Made by a program: the position numbers and the translations under genes. Positions 51,491 to 61,527 of a stretch of DNA of 64,000 bases are shown one piece after another. The DNA is from an uncultured Desulfosarcina sp. (lineage in GTDB: Bacteria; Desulfobacterota; Desulfobacteria; Desulfobacterales; Desulfosarcinaceae). Numbering within the stretch: position 1 is the stretch's first letter; every line of letters starts with the position of its first letter. The notes under the pieces were generated by a model. The model was not told the DNA's origin, searched no databases, and was given only the letters and a program-made list of their open reading frames with translations. The DNA lies in NCBI GenBank assembly GCA_963674945.2, contig CAXXWQ010000004.1, positions 1,120,001-1,184,000 on the forward strand. The letters are read 5' to 3'.

Positions 51491-52414
51491 TTAATCATCC
51501 GTGATGAATGTCCCAATCAACTGTTTTATATCCGAAAGCCCCTCTTGCGCCAGCCAGTTTATCATTCCGTCGAGAATCTTTATGGTGGCACTGGGATCCA
51601 CGAAATTGGCAGTTCCCACCTGGACGGCCGTTGCTCCCACCATGAGAAATTCCAGGGCGTCGGTGGCATTCATGATCCCGCCGACACCGATGACGGGGAT
51701 CTTGACAGCCCGGGCGGTCTGCCACACCATGCGCAGGGCAATGGGTTTGATGGCCGGTCCCGACAGGCCTCCGGTGATGTTGGCCAGTTTGGGACGGCGG
51801 GTGGCAAGATCCACAGCCATGCCGGTAATGGTGTTGATTACCGACAGGGCATCCGCTCCGGCATCCTGGGCCACCTTGGCCATCTGCACGATGTCGGTGA
51901 CATTGGGGGACAATTTGACCATCAGATGTTTGGTGGTTTTCTCCCGAACGCGTTTCACCACCTCCCGGGCGAGTTTGGGGTCCGATCCGAATGCCACCCC
52001 CCCTTCTTTTACGTTGGGACAGGAGATGTTCACCTCCAACCCCTTGACGGCAGCCATTGACTCCATGTGTTCGGCCAACTGCGCATATTCATCGACGGTC
52101 TTGCCATAAAGATTGGCGATGGTCGGTGGTGTCAGTCCCTCCAGGAAAGGAAGTTTCTCCCTGGCAAAGGCATCGACCCCCACATTTTCCAGGCCGATGG
52201 CATTTAGCATACCGCATTGGGTTTCCACGATGCGTGGAGGTGGATTCCCCTTGGATGGCTGCAATGAAAGTCCCTTGACGATGATGGCACCCAGACGGTT
52301 CAGATCCATGTACCGGTCGAATTCCCGTGCGTATCCAAACGTTCCGGAGGCGGTCATGATGGGATTTTGAAGTGAAAGCCCGCCGATGTCGACGGTCAGA
52401 TCGGGTATTGTCAT
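51491..52414 (-). CDS. pyrD: Dihydroorotate dehydrogenase (family 1B catalytic subunit)
   Basis: ASGTFG, NAIGLEN, NISCPNV, KLSPNV, GGLSG motifs. Confidence 0.96.
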   Translation of the reverse strand: MTIPDLTVDIGGLSLQNPIMTASGTFGYAREFDRYMDLNRLGAIIVKGLSLQPSKGNPPPRIVETQCGMLNAIGLENVGVDAFAREKLPFLEGLTPPTIANLYGKTVDEYAQLAEHMESMAAVKGLEVNISCPNVKEGGVAFGSDPKLAREVVKRVREKTTKHLMVKLSPNVTDIVQMAKVAQDAGADALSVINTITGMAVDLATRRPKLANITGGLSGPAIKPIALRMVWQTARAVKIPVIGVGGIMNATDALEFLMVGATAVQVGTANFVDPSATIKILDGMINWLAQEGLSDIKQLIGTFITDD

Positions 52415-52430
52415 CGAATGTCACCTGAAT

Positions 52431-52505
52431 TGAACGATTAGCGATTAGCAGAATCACTTCAAACAATTACCGATAAACGCGTAACAGCGAAAAGCTAATC
52501 GCTTA
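52431..52505. repeat. Heptamer (tagcgat) fold-back element, copy 2
   Basis: gaacgattagcgattagcag ... cagcgaaaagctaatcgctta. Confidence 0.6.
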
Positions 52506-52684
52506 TATTAGATTTCACTATAGTGGAGCCGTTTTGTTTGATCAAGGCGGAGTTTTCGGATAGAGTCGATAAGACCTGGGTATTTCGCATCGGATTGTGG
52601 TCCGTACTTCTTAGTTACTGGAATCGTCTCGCGCTTTTGTTTCTTCCGAAACTGTCGATAATGACTCGAAAGGAAACGGACGAA

Positions 52685-53134
52685 ATGGGTATCAACGTTC
52701 AATATTGGCACTGGCTCGTTTTCGGGATGATCCTCGTCATCGCCGAAATATTCGTTCCCAGCTTCACCATCTTTTGGTTCGGTCTGGGTGGCATCCTGGT
52801 GGCCGTTGTTTTACTGATTACCGATATCAGCTTCACCTGGCAGCTCTTCACATGGGCCATTGCATCGTGCGGCTTCACCTTTTTGTGGTTCAAATACATT
52901 CGGCCGAAGATGGCCGATCGAACCAGGGCAGGCCTGTCCCGTGAGGCCGCCATGGGTGAAACCGGCCAGGTCATTCGGAAACCGGACGAGAACCGCCGCG
53001 GTATCGTGCGCTTTACGACACCGCTGTTGGGATCGGAAGAGTGGTCGTTTATCTGCGAATCCCAGGTCGCGGTGGGAGACCGGGTACGTGTCGTCGATAT
53101 ATCCGGAAATACGCTTGTTGTGAAAAGTGAGTGA
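52685..53134 (+). CDS. NfeD/YbbJ family membrane protein
   Basis: WLVFGMILVIAEIFVP, C-terminal OB-fold GDRVRVVDISGNTLVV; upstream of SPFH. Confidence 0.9.
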   Translation: MGINVQYWHWLVFGMILVIAEIFVPSFTIFWFGLGGILVAVVLLITDISFTWQLFTWAIASCGFTFLWFKYIRPKMADRTRAGLSREAAMGETGQVIRKPDENRRGIVRFTTPLLGSEEWSFICESQVAVGDRVRVVDISGNTLVVKSE

Positions 53135-53156
53135 CCATTGGTGTAATAGAACGATA

Positions 53157-53361
53157 GAGGCGATTTCAAAATGTTCAATCGGGCTCAAGATCACATGTCG
53201 GGGCGCAGCCGAAAGGCGAAGACCGAAGGCGGGGTGAGGTGGCCGACCGCAGACACTCCGTTAGGAAGTGCCCTTGGGGTGCATACCTGTAGTATTTCGA
53301 GGATTGGACAACTCGCCCCAACGCCGATATTGAGCCTGAGGGGACTTTTTGAAATTGCCTC
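53157..53361 (+). mobile_element. 205-bp fold-back element (family B) sharing the family A core
   Basis: TIR gaggcgatttcaaaa / ttttgaaattgcctc (14/15); core motifs ggcgca, gcata..tatttcgaggat and caacgccgatat are shared with family A. Confidence 0.75.
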
Positions 53362-53382
53362 CACACAAGAAAGGAAGAAGAA

Positions 53383-54234
53383 ATGGCAGGACTGATTGTC
53401 GTTGCAGTATTCGTCGTATTGGTGATCGTCACCCTGATGTTGGGTGTCCGCATCGTTCCCCAGGGAAGCAAACAAGTGGTGCAACGGCTGGGAAAATACC
53501 ACAAGACCCTGGGACCGGGATTGAACATCATCATTCCCTACATCGATACGGTGGCCCATAAGGTAACGACAAAAGACATCGTTCTGGACATTCCTTCCCA
53601 GGAGGTGATCACCCGGGACAACGCCGTCATCATCGCCAATGCCGTGGCCTATATCAACATCGTCTCCCCGGAAAAGGCCGTATATGGCGTGGAAGATTAT
53701 CAGATCGCCATCCAGAATCTGGTGCAGACCAGTCTGCGCAGTATCGTGGGAGAGATGGATCTGGATGACGCTCTATCCTCTCGGGATCAGATCAAGGCAA
53801 AACTCAAAACCGCCATCTCCGACGACATCGCGGACTGGGGGATCACCATGAAGACCGTTGAAATCCAGGACATCAACCCATCGGCGACCATGCAGGCCGC
53901 CATGGAAGAACAGGCCGCCGCCGAACGTCAGCGCCGTGCCACGGTCACTCGGGCCGATGGAGAAAAAGCCGCTGCCGTACTCGAGGCCGAAGGTCGCCTG
54001 GAAGCCTCCCAGCGGGATGCCAAGGCAAAGGTTGTTCTTGCCGAGGCCAGCCAATTGGCCATCCAAAAGGTTACGGAAGCCATAGGGGATAATGAGATTC
54101 CCGTCATGTATCTGATCGGAGAAAAATACGTGGACGCCCTGAAAGGCCTTTCCACATCGCAGAACGCAAAGGTAATCCTCATGCCGGCGGAAATCCCCTC
54201 TTCCATCAGAGGTATTATCGGAACTGGAAAGTAA
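53383..54234 (+). CDS. SPFH/stomatin family protein (QmcA-like)
   Basis: IVPQG, RLGKY, QEVITRDN, LRSIVG, AERQRRA motifs. Confidence 0.93.
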   Translation: MAGLIVVAVFVVLVIVTLMLGVRIVPQGSKQVVQRLGKYHKTLGPGLNIIIPYIDTVAHKVTTKDIVLDIPSQEVITRDNAVIIANAVAYINIVSPEKAVYGVEDYQIAIQNLVQTSLRSIVGEMDLDDALSSRDQIKAKLKTAISDDIADWGITMKTVEIQDINPSATMQAAMEEQAAAERQRRATVTRADGEKAAAVLEAEGRLEASQRDAKAKVVLAEASQLAIQKVTEAIGDNEIPVMYLIGEKYVDALKGLSTSQNAKVILMPAEIPSSIRGIIGTGK

Positions 54235-54364
54235 AACCGGGTCAAAACGGCCCGATGTTGGGCTTCCCCTGGAAGGGAAGATGTACTGCAATCATGGAAC
54301 CAATGAACGCTGAACTGGCCCAGATAACCAGCGTTTCTACACCTCAATAAACAGGTACCAGATC

Positions 54365-55459
54365 ATGAAGTTATTTGGAAAATCCAACCCCGATGAGAAA
54401 GAATCCGCGATAAAAGATAAAAATGCGAACCCGGCCGATGAACGGTTGACTCCGTTGCTATCGTGTATCCGGACCCTCTTCTACTTTATCAACGAATACA
54501 CCCTGGACATCAGTGAAATCGACGCCCAGGGATTCAGAGAACGATTGGCAAAACTTCAGGATCTCTTCCAGGAAGTTGAGAAAATCAATATCGTTACAGG
54601 GCAATTTGAAAAAAATAGAGAGACGATTCTGACCCACATCAAGCAGCAGAAGGCCTATCTTGGCGAACGAGAGGCCGAATTTCGTCAAATTATCGACCTG
54701 ATGACGGAGGCCATGACCGGACTGGACAACGAGAATCAGGATTTTTACGGTAGTATTCGATCCCAGGGAGAACGATTCGAAGAGATCACCCGGCTGGATG
54801 ATCTCAAACGAATCAAAAACGAACTGGTCCGGGAAGTGGAAAACATGCGGGCCATGGTGCGAGAAAAGGAAAGTCTCGATCAAAAACGTCTCGATGCCCT
54901 TTCCAGCCAGGTGGAGGTTCTGAAGAAAGAGCTGAACAAGGCAAGGCATACCGCCAATACCGACGGACTCACCGGTGTCTACAATCGCAAGGCATTGGAC
55001 AATTATCTGCGCAACATGGTGGAACAAAGTCAAATCACCCGAAAGCCGTTTTCCATTTTGATGATGGATCTGGACGATTTCAAAAAATTGAACGACACCT
55101 ATGGTCATGGGGTGGGGGATCGGATGCTGATGGCCTTTACCCAAAAATGCAGCGCATCGGTTCGAAGCGGCGACTTTTTGGCACGTTATGGGGGAGAGGA
55201 GTTCACCCTGATCCTTCCCAGTGCATCCCTTCGGAACGGTACGAAAAAGGCAAAAGAACTGTGTCGGTCCATTGCTTCTTCTCAATATGCGGCGGATGAT
55301 TCGCCAAATCCGGATGTTCTCTCCATTACCGTGAGCATCGGTGTCGGTGCCTACCGTAAGGGCGACACGGCAAAAAGCCTGCTGGAACGGGCAGATCAAT
55401 GTCTGTACAAGGCAAAAGCGGATGGCAAAAACCGTGTCGTTGCGGAAAACAGCATGTAA
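54365..55459 (+). CDS. Diguanylate cyclase with coiled-coil N-terminus
   Basis: DGLTG, DLDDFK, NDTYGH, RxxD I-site, RYGGEEF motifs. Confidence 0.93.
   Translation: MKLFGKSNPDEKESAIKDKNANPADERLTPLLSCIRTLFYFINEYTLDISEIDAQGFRERLAKLQDLFQEVEKINIVTGQFEKNRETILTHIKQQKAYLGEREAEFRQIIDLMTEAMTGLDNENQDFYGSIRSQGERFEEITRLDDLKRIKNELVREVENMRAMVREKESLDQKRLDALSSQVEVLKKELNKARHTANTDGLTGVYNRKALDNYLRNMVEQSQITRKPFSILMMDLDDFKKLNDTYGHGVGDRMLMAFTQKCSASVRSGDFLARYGGEEFTLILPSASLRNGTKKAKELCRSIASSQYAADDSPNPDVLSITVSIGVGAYRKGDTAKSLLERADQCLYKAKADGKNRVVAENSM
55134..55191 (+). repeat. 58-bp direct repeat, copy 1 (inside the GGDEF CDS)
   Basis: Identical to 62103-62160. Confidence 0.95.
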
Positions 55460-55586
55460 ACCGAAAAAAATTAGATCGCATCTGACATATTAAGAACCGC
55501 GTTCTCATTGTGCATTACAGATGTGGTTTCAACTATTGCAGTTGAAATGTATGCTCCCGCCACATATTTTTAAGATCATAATTTGG

Positions 55587-55629
55587 ACGGTAACGTGGCC
55601 AGGCGAAAATAACCTAACCACGTTACCGT
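55587..55629. repeat. 12-bp perfect inverted repeat between the convergent GGDEF and fdh genes
   Basis: acggtaacgtgg / ccacgttaccgt, with no flanking T-tract. Confidence 0.7.
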
Positions 55630-55650
55630 TCACGTCTTTTAAGCTCAAAA

Positions 55651-58413
55651 TCAAATCTCAGATGGAGATAGCGCAACGGCACAAACCTTATACTCGGGAA
55701 TTGCACAAACCGGATCAAGAGCCGCGTTGGTGAGCCGATTGGCGGCAGCTGCGGCAAAATGAAAGGGGATAAATACTGTCCCCGGAATTATTTTCGGGGT
55801 CAATATGGCTCGAGCTTGGATCATTCCACGGCGTGAATAGATATTCAGCATCTCCCCATCGGTGATGTTCAATCGCGAGGCATCAGACTCGGAGACCTCC
55901 ACTCGGCATTCCGGAGCCCGCTCATTTAAATCGCCACTTTTCATAGTCATGGTTCCGGTATGATAAAGGTAAAGCAGCCTTCCCGTGGTCAGGGTGAACG
56001 GAAAGTCTTCATCTGTCTCTTCAGCCGGTGGGAAAAAATCAACCACGTGGAATTTCCCGAGTCCGGAGGTAAATTTACCAACATGAATAACCGGAGTGCC
56101 TGGATGATCCTCCGTAGGACAAGGCCAAACCAATCCATCGCTGTCTATGCGTTGATATGAGATTCCGGCATAGGATGGCGTTACCTGGCAGATTTCTCGA
56201 AATATGGCTTCGGCATCTTCGTACTCCATGGGCGCTCCCATGCGGGTGGCCAGGGCTGCAGTGATCCGCCAGTCATCGCGCGCCTGGCCGGGCGCAGGAA
56301 CCGCCGGCCGCACACGCTGAACCTTACGTTCCGTATTGGTGAAGGTCCCCGCTTTTTCGGCGAAACAGGTTGCGGGGAAAACAACATCCGCCAACTGGGC
56401 CGTCTCACTCAGGAAAATGTCCTGAACCACCAAAAAGTCAAGATTTTGAAGGCTTTTTTGCACATGGTTCAGGTCCGGATCCGAAACCATTGGATTCTCG
56501 CCGATAATGTAAAGGGCTTTGATGTCGCCACGTAACGCCATTGGGATCATCTCCGTAGCCTTCAATCCCATCTTCTCGGACAGGTGGGTGGTTTTCCAGG
56601 CCGCCGCCATTTTTTCGGCAACGGCAGCATCCGTAACCGGCTGATACCCACTGTAGACATTTGGCAGACAGCCCATGTCACAGGCTCCCTGGACATTGTT
56701 CTGGCCACGCAGCGGATTGACGCCACCCCCTTCGATTCCAAGGTTTCCGCAAAGCATGGCCAGGTTGGCAAGGGCTTTCACATTATCCGTACCGGTACTG
56801 TGCTGGGTAATCCCCATGCAATAAACGATGTTGCCAACGATTGCGTTGCCATAGATCCGAGCCGCGGCCACGATCTTATCGACCGGAATCCCCGTCATTT
56901 GGGATACGACATCCGGTGTATAGGGCGCAAGGGATTTTTTGAACGCCTCGAAGCCTTCTGTTCGGGTCTTGATGAATTGCTCATCATGCAAGTTTTCTTT
57001 TAAGATGACATGCATGAGACCATTGATCCATGCCACATCGGTCCCAGGCTTCTGGGTCAGCTTCAAAACGGCATGCCTGGCCAAGGGGATGTCCCGGGGG
57101 TCAACCACAATCAACTGCGCCTTTCCGAAGCGAACGGCGCGCTTAATATAAGTTGCCGTCACGGGATGTGTTTCGGTCGTGTTCGATCCGGCTACCAGAA
57201 TCACATCGGCTTTGCTCAAATCGGCGATAGGATTGGTCATGGCCCCACTGCCGAAGCTGGCTGCCAGACCCGCCACGGTAGAAGCGTGGCAGAGCCTTGC
57301 GCAATGATCAACATTGTTGGTCTTGAGCACACTACGGGCAAATTTCTGGGCAATATAATTTTCTTCATTGGTCATCCTTGCGGAACTCAACACACCGATG
57401 CTATCCGGGCCGCTGGAGTCGCGGATCGCCAATAAGCGTTGGGCGACATAATCGACCGCTTCATCCCAGGAGGCTTCACGAAAACCGCCGTTTTCTTTGA
57501 TCAACGGTTGGGTCAGACGGTCAGGTGATCCTATAAAATGGTAACCAAAACGACCCTTGACGCAAAGGCGGCCATGGTTGGGTGCGGTATCGACGCCGCT
57601 GACTTTGACTACCCGGTTTTCCTTGACGTGCAGGTAAAGCTGACAGCCCACACCGCAGTAACAACAGGTGGTTCGCACCTTTTGGGTCTCCCAAGGGCGT
57701 ACAGTGTACCGGACATCCTTTTCAACCAATGCGCCGACCGGGCAGGCCTGGACGCATTCACCACAAAAAACACAATCCGAATCCATAAGCGGCCGATCGC
57801 CGGCGGTAACGATTTTGACGTCCTTGCCACGAGAACCAAAGCTGATGGCCTCGTTTACCTGAATCTCGTTACAGGCCTGGACGCAACGGCCGCATTGGAT
57901 ACAACGTGAAAAATCCCGAACGATGAAAGGATTCACTGTTTCCATGGGATACCGTGTCGGTTGATAATCAATATACTCTGTGCTCACCTGATAACGATAG
58001 GCCAGGTCCTGCAAGCGGCAGTCCCCCCATACCGGGCATAATTTACCACTCATGTCCTCATTGGCCACCTTGACCTGCAGTTCCGACCACTTGTCATCAC
58101 TACCCGTTCGAATAGCGCAGTTGTGATTGCCCGAACTGAGCATTAGTTCAATGATCTGACGCCGAGCGCCCACAACCGCAGGAGATTCGGTCTTTACCGT
58201 CATGCCGCTTGTTGCCGGTGTCGTGCATGCGGTCAGCAGGGTTCTCGATCCTGCCACTTCCACGACGCAGATCCGGCAGGCACCGGTGGGGTTGGCATCC
58301 TTTAAATGGCACAACGTGGGGATGTCGATGTGGTTGCGTTTGGCCACATCCAATATCGTCTCACCAAGTGTAAATTGAAGTTCATTGCCGTTAATGAAGA
58401 TGGTTTGGCTCAT
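55651..58413 (-). CDS. Cytoplasmic formate dehydrogenase alpha subunit (Mo/W-bisPGD, Cys ligand)
   Basis: N-terminal 2Fe-2S and 4Fe-4S motifs, CCYCGVGC, HCARLCH, PLRGQNNVQG, PEYKVCA; no Tat signal. Confidence 0.93.
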   Translation of the reverse strand: MSQTIFINGNELQFTLGETILDVAKRNHIDIPTLCHLKDANPTGACRICVVEVAGSRTLLTACTTPATSGMTVKTESPAVVGARRQIIELMLSSGNHNCAIRTGSDDKWSELQVKVANEDMSGKLCPVWGDCRLQDLAYRYQVSTEYIDYQPTRYPMETVNPFIVRDFSRCIQCGRCVQACNEIQVNEAISFGSRGKDVKIVTAGDRPLMDSDCVFCGECVQACPVGALVEKDVRYTVRPWETQKVRTTCCYCGVGCQLYLHVKENRVVKVSGVDTAPNHGRLCVKGRFGYHFIGSPDRLTQPLIKENGGFREASWDEAVDYVAQRLLAIRDSSGPDSIGVLSSARMTNEENYIAQKFARSVLKTNNVDHCARLCHASTVAGLAASFGSGAMTNPIADLSKADVILVAGSNTTETHPVTATYIKRAVRFGKAQLIVVDPRDIPLARHAVLKLTQKPGTDVAWINGLMHVILKENLHDEQFIKTRTEGFEAFKKSLAPYTPDVVSQMTGIPVDKIVAAARIYGNAIVGNIVYCMGITQHSTGTDNVKALANLAMLCGNLGIEGGGVNPLRGQNNVQGACDMGCLPNVYSGYQPVTDAAVAEKMAAAWKTTHLSEKMGLKATEMIPMALRGDIKALYIIGENPMVSDPDLNHVQKSLQNLDFLVVQDIFLSETAQLADVVFPATCFAEKAGTFTNTERKVQRVRPAVPAPGQARDDWRITAALATRMGAPMEYEDAEAIFREICQVTPSYAGISYQRIDSDGLVWPCPTEDHPGTPVIHVGKFTSGLGKFHVVDFFPPAEETDEDFPFTLTTGRLLYLYHTGTMTMKSGDLNERAPECRVEVSESDASRLNITDGEMLNIYSRRGMIQARAILTPKIIPGTVFIPFHFAAAAANRLTNAALDPVCAIPEYKVCAVALSPSEI

Positions 58414-59031
58414 TCTCGGACTCCTCTGAACGCAGTTCTCCGAACCGCCGGCACGGAGGTGTTAAAAGTGAAAATAATCGTCAAACCGTTGGCCGTGAAT
58501 GAGAACATCCACTACCATCGGCGTCTGCTAAATACTGGCGGGGAACCGTGAAAAGAGAATATTCCGTCACCAGGGAATTACAATCGTGCCTGCCGCCCAG
58601 GACGGGCTAATGTCAGGCACCTCATGTAAACCCTATTCGAAGGATAGTTGATGGCATGGTGAAGTAATAATAAGGTTGAAATGTAAATGGCTTTACAAAC
58701 AAGTGTTTCCCTGAATTCAAATGATATACTTTGACTTGATCAAGCATATGGATGTAAGGACTTACCGATTCTTGGCATGAAATACAACCAAATTTTTCCG
58801 AAGCCTGATTGATAAAATTACAACCGCAATCTGATCCGTATTAGTTTGGCTCGCCGAATCGATCCGACAATATTTCTTTATTAAAACAGCATATTTTCCA
58901 CAACCTCCCGTTAAAGTGTTTAGTCGATTTTCAAAAGAATTACTTAAAATTACAATAAATGACACCTTCCTGTGTACAAAGAGGAGGAATAGTGATATCA
59001 CGGACGAAAAAAATCTACATGGGGATGGTAA

Positions 59032-59916
59032 ATGTTATTCGCAGTATCCGGTGTTGAAGTCAGCCCAAAAATTCCATTTTTAGTTGCATTCATAGTATCC
59101 TTCATGACCTCTATGGGCGGGGTTTCTGGAGCCTTTTTATTGCTCCCTTTTCAAATCAGTATTCTTGGATATTCATCACCTTCAGTCAGCGCGACCAACC
59201 AAGTGTTTAACATTATAGCAATCCCGAGCGGCGTTTACCGATACATAAGAGAAGGTCGTATGCTTTGGCCGCTCACCTATTCTGTAATTATTGGCACGCT
59301 TCCCGGTGTATTCATAGGCGCCCTGATTCGGATCGAATATCTCCCAGATCCAAAAAACTTCAAATTTTTTGTCGCAATCGTGCTGCTCTACATTGGATCG
59401 CGGCTTGCGATGGATGCAGCAAAAACAGGAAAGGCGCACTTAACTCTTTCAAAGGGTTTGAATGCTGTAAAAGTTGTTACGTCCACAATAAAAAAGGTTG
59501 AATTCGAATTTAACGATGAGCGTTATTGCTTTTCCCCTGTACTCGCTTCTTTCATTTGCTTTTTAGTAGGCATTGCAGGGGGTATCTATGGCATCGGTGG
59601 CGGAGCTATGGTTGCACCTTTTTTCGTGGCAATCATCGGTTTGCCAGTTTATACGTTAGCCGGAGCGGCATTGATGGGAACTTTTTTTACATCTGTCGCC
59701 GGTGTAGTTTTTTATCAACTATTGGCAGGGTTTTATCCAGGCAAATCGATCTCACCGGATTGGATATTAGGGGGCTTATTCGGTATTGGTGGCTTTTTAG
59801 GAATGTATATTGGGGCTCGAATGCAGAAATTCATGCCTGCCAGAGTGATAAAAATAATTTTAACAGCCTGTGTTCTTTTTGTTTCAGGAAAATATCTTCT
59901 TGATTTCTTTAACTAA
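59032..59916 (+). CDS. TauE/SafE (TSUP) family transporter
   Basis: GGVSGAFLLLPFQ, GIYGIGGG motifs; multiple TM segments. Confidence 0.88.
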   Translation: MLFAVSGVEVSPKIPFLVAFIVSFMTSMGGVSGAFLLLPFQISILGYSSPSVSATNQVFNIIAIPSGVYRYIREGRMLWPLTYSVIIGTLPGVFIGALIRIEYLPDPKNFKFFVAIVLLYIGSRLAMDAAKTGKAHLTLSKGLNAVKVVTSTIKKVEFEFNDERYCFSPVLASFICFLVGIAGGIYGIGGGAMVAPFFVAIIGLPVYTLAGAALMGTFFTSVAGVVFYQLLAGFYPGKSISPDWILGGLFGIGGFLGMYIGARMQKFMPARVIKIILTACVLFVSGKYLLDFFN

Positions 59917-60000
59917 AATTCTCTATTTCTTCAGTGAAATAATAAAAAAGCAATTTGTTCTTATAAAAAAGACCAGTCTATAAAACAAGGATTCAGACCT

Positions 60001-60726
60001 ATGAATAACGTTTACGACAAAATCAGGGTAAAGGGGCTGGAGCTGCTGGAAGATAGAAATCTTCTCAGCCAACCGGTTCGGGTTCGAGCACGCGCGTTGA
60101 GCACCCAGGAAGCAATAGGAAATCCCGAATCCGATGATTTTCCATTGCAAAAGGGAAAAGAAAAGCTCATGCAGGCTGAGTTTTTTGGTGCGAAAGGGCA
60201 AGCATTCACGGATCAATACGGAAATTTTGACGGGCTGGTTGAAGATATTTTAAATTTTGATCTTAAAAATAACTTCCGAAGGGCCGTTTTTACGGCCACC
60301 TTAAATGCTGTTTTGTGTCATTTGAAGCAGGTCGAAAAAACCGTTCACTGCCGCGATCAAGGACCGACGGATTGCGCTGCCGAATTGGTTCGCCATCTCA
60401 AAACAGCCCATGGGGATATAAACATTGCCCAGATAGGCTTTCAACCAAGGATGGTGGAATCTTTGGCTGCAAATTTTTCATTGCGTGTTATTGATCTGGA
60501 TTTGGACAATATCGGAACTGAGAAATTCAATGTCACGATTGAGGGACCAGAAAAGACACAGGATGCCACTCAATGGGCTGATCTTCTGTTGGTAACCGGT
60601 ACAACTTTAGTCAACGGCACGATAACTGAATTTGTGGGGGAAAAACCCGTTCTTTTTTATGGGACCACCATCGCCGGAGCCGCCTATTTGATGAATTGGG
60701 ACCGTTTCTGTTACAGTAGCGAATAA
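60001..60726 (+). CDS. DUF364-like Rossmann-fold protein
   Basis: EAIGNP..DFPL.KGKE, GQAFTD, VTGTTLVNGT, FYGTT motifs. Confidence 0.7.
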   Translation: MNNVYDKIRVKGLELLEDRNLLSQPVRVRARALSTQEAIGNPESDDFPLQKGKEKLMQAEFFGAKGQAFTDQYGNFDGLVEDILNFDLKNNFRRAVFTATLNAVLCHLKQVEKTVHCRDQGPTDCAAELVRHLKTAHGDINIAQIGFQPRMVESLAANFSLRVIDLDLDNIGTEKFNVTIEGPEKTQDATQWADLLLVTGTTLVNGTITEFVGEKPVLFYGTTIAGAAYLMNWDRFCYSSE

Positions 60727-60738
60727 GAGAGCCGGACC

Positions 60739-61506
60739 ATGTTGCTCCTATTCTCAGGCGGAATTGCAGCTGGGATGCTTGGAGGTCTTCTCGGAATCGG
60801 TGGTGGCATTTTAATTATGCCCATTCTCCGATTTGTGATGGGGCTCGAGCCCGCTTACGCGGCAGGCACCTGTATTGTCGCTGTTTCTTTCACGACACTT
60901 AGCGGCAGTTTGAAACATTTCAAGCTTGGCCATATTGATTTTAATTCCATTTTGCCGGTCATCATTTCAGGCTTTCTTTCCACACTGTTCTTTTCTTTTC
61001 TTTTTTTCTATATTTCCAAGAAGGGAATTTGGCTGGATGTGGCCACAGGACTCGTCTTTTTATTGATCGCTGCGCGCATGGTCTGGGAAGGAATAGTCGA
61101 ACATTTTAAAAAAAGTAATACAACCAATTCTACATCAGGTATTGAAGGGCCTATTATGGCCAAAGCAACGATTGGAGTGGTGGCAGGTATATTGCCCGGC
61201 CTTTTGGGGATCGGAACTGGAGCAATTCTTGTCCCGGCCTTTGCCTTTGCCCTGCAGGCCCCAATTAAAATCGCCATTGGATCTTCACTGGCCTGTTTTA
61301 GTCTGAATGCTTTTATCAGTTCTTTTTTAAAACTGTTTCAAGGATTTGTGCAAATAAATATGCTTGTTCCTTTATGCTTCGGTACTCTAATTGGAGCTCG
61401 AATAGGTGCCACGGTAAATGGCAAATTGAATGCCCCCATTATAAAAGTATTGTTCGGTTTGGTCTTTATTTATGTAGCTTCTAAATATCTTATGATTCTC
61501 GTTTGA
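60739..61506 (+). CDS. TauE/SafE (TSUP) family transporter
   Basis: GLLGIGGG and GLLGIGTG repeats; multiple TM segments. Confidence 0.88.
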   Translation: MLLLFSGGIAAGMLGGLLGIGGGILIMPILRFVMGLEPAYAAGTCIVAVSFTTLSGSLKHFKLGHIDFNSILPVIISGFLSTLFFSFLFFYISKKGIWLDVATGLVFLLIAARMVWEGIVEHFKKSNTTNSTSGIEGPIMAKATIGVVAGILPGLLGIGTGAILVPAFAFALQAPIKIAIGSSLACFSLNAFISSFLKLFQGFVQINMLVPLCFGTLIGARIGATVNGKLNAPIIKVLFGLVFIYVASKYLMILV

Positions 61507-61527
61507 CGATAGCACTCCGCTTTTTTC

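Noticed and set aside
57285..57310. Selenocysteine recoding in FDH
   Set aside because: The active-site codon is TGC (HCARLCH) and the ORF is uninterrupted
58414..58680. Moco/tungsten or c-di-GMP riboswitch upstream of fdh
   Set aside because: Hairpins are present, but I could not match the conserved motifs by eye; an Rfam scan is needed
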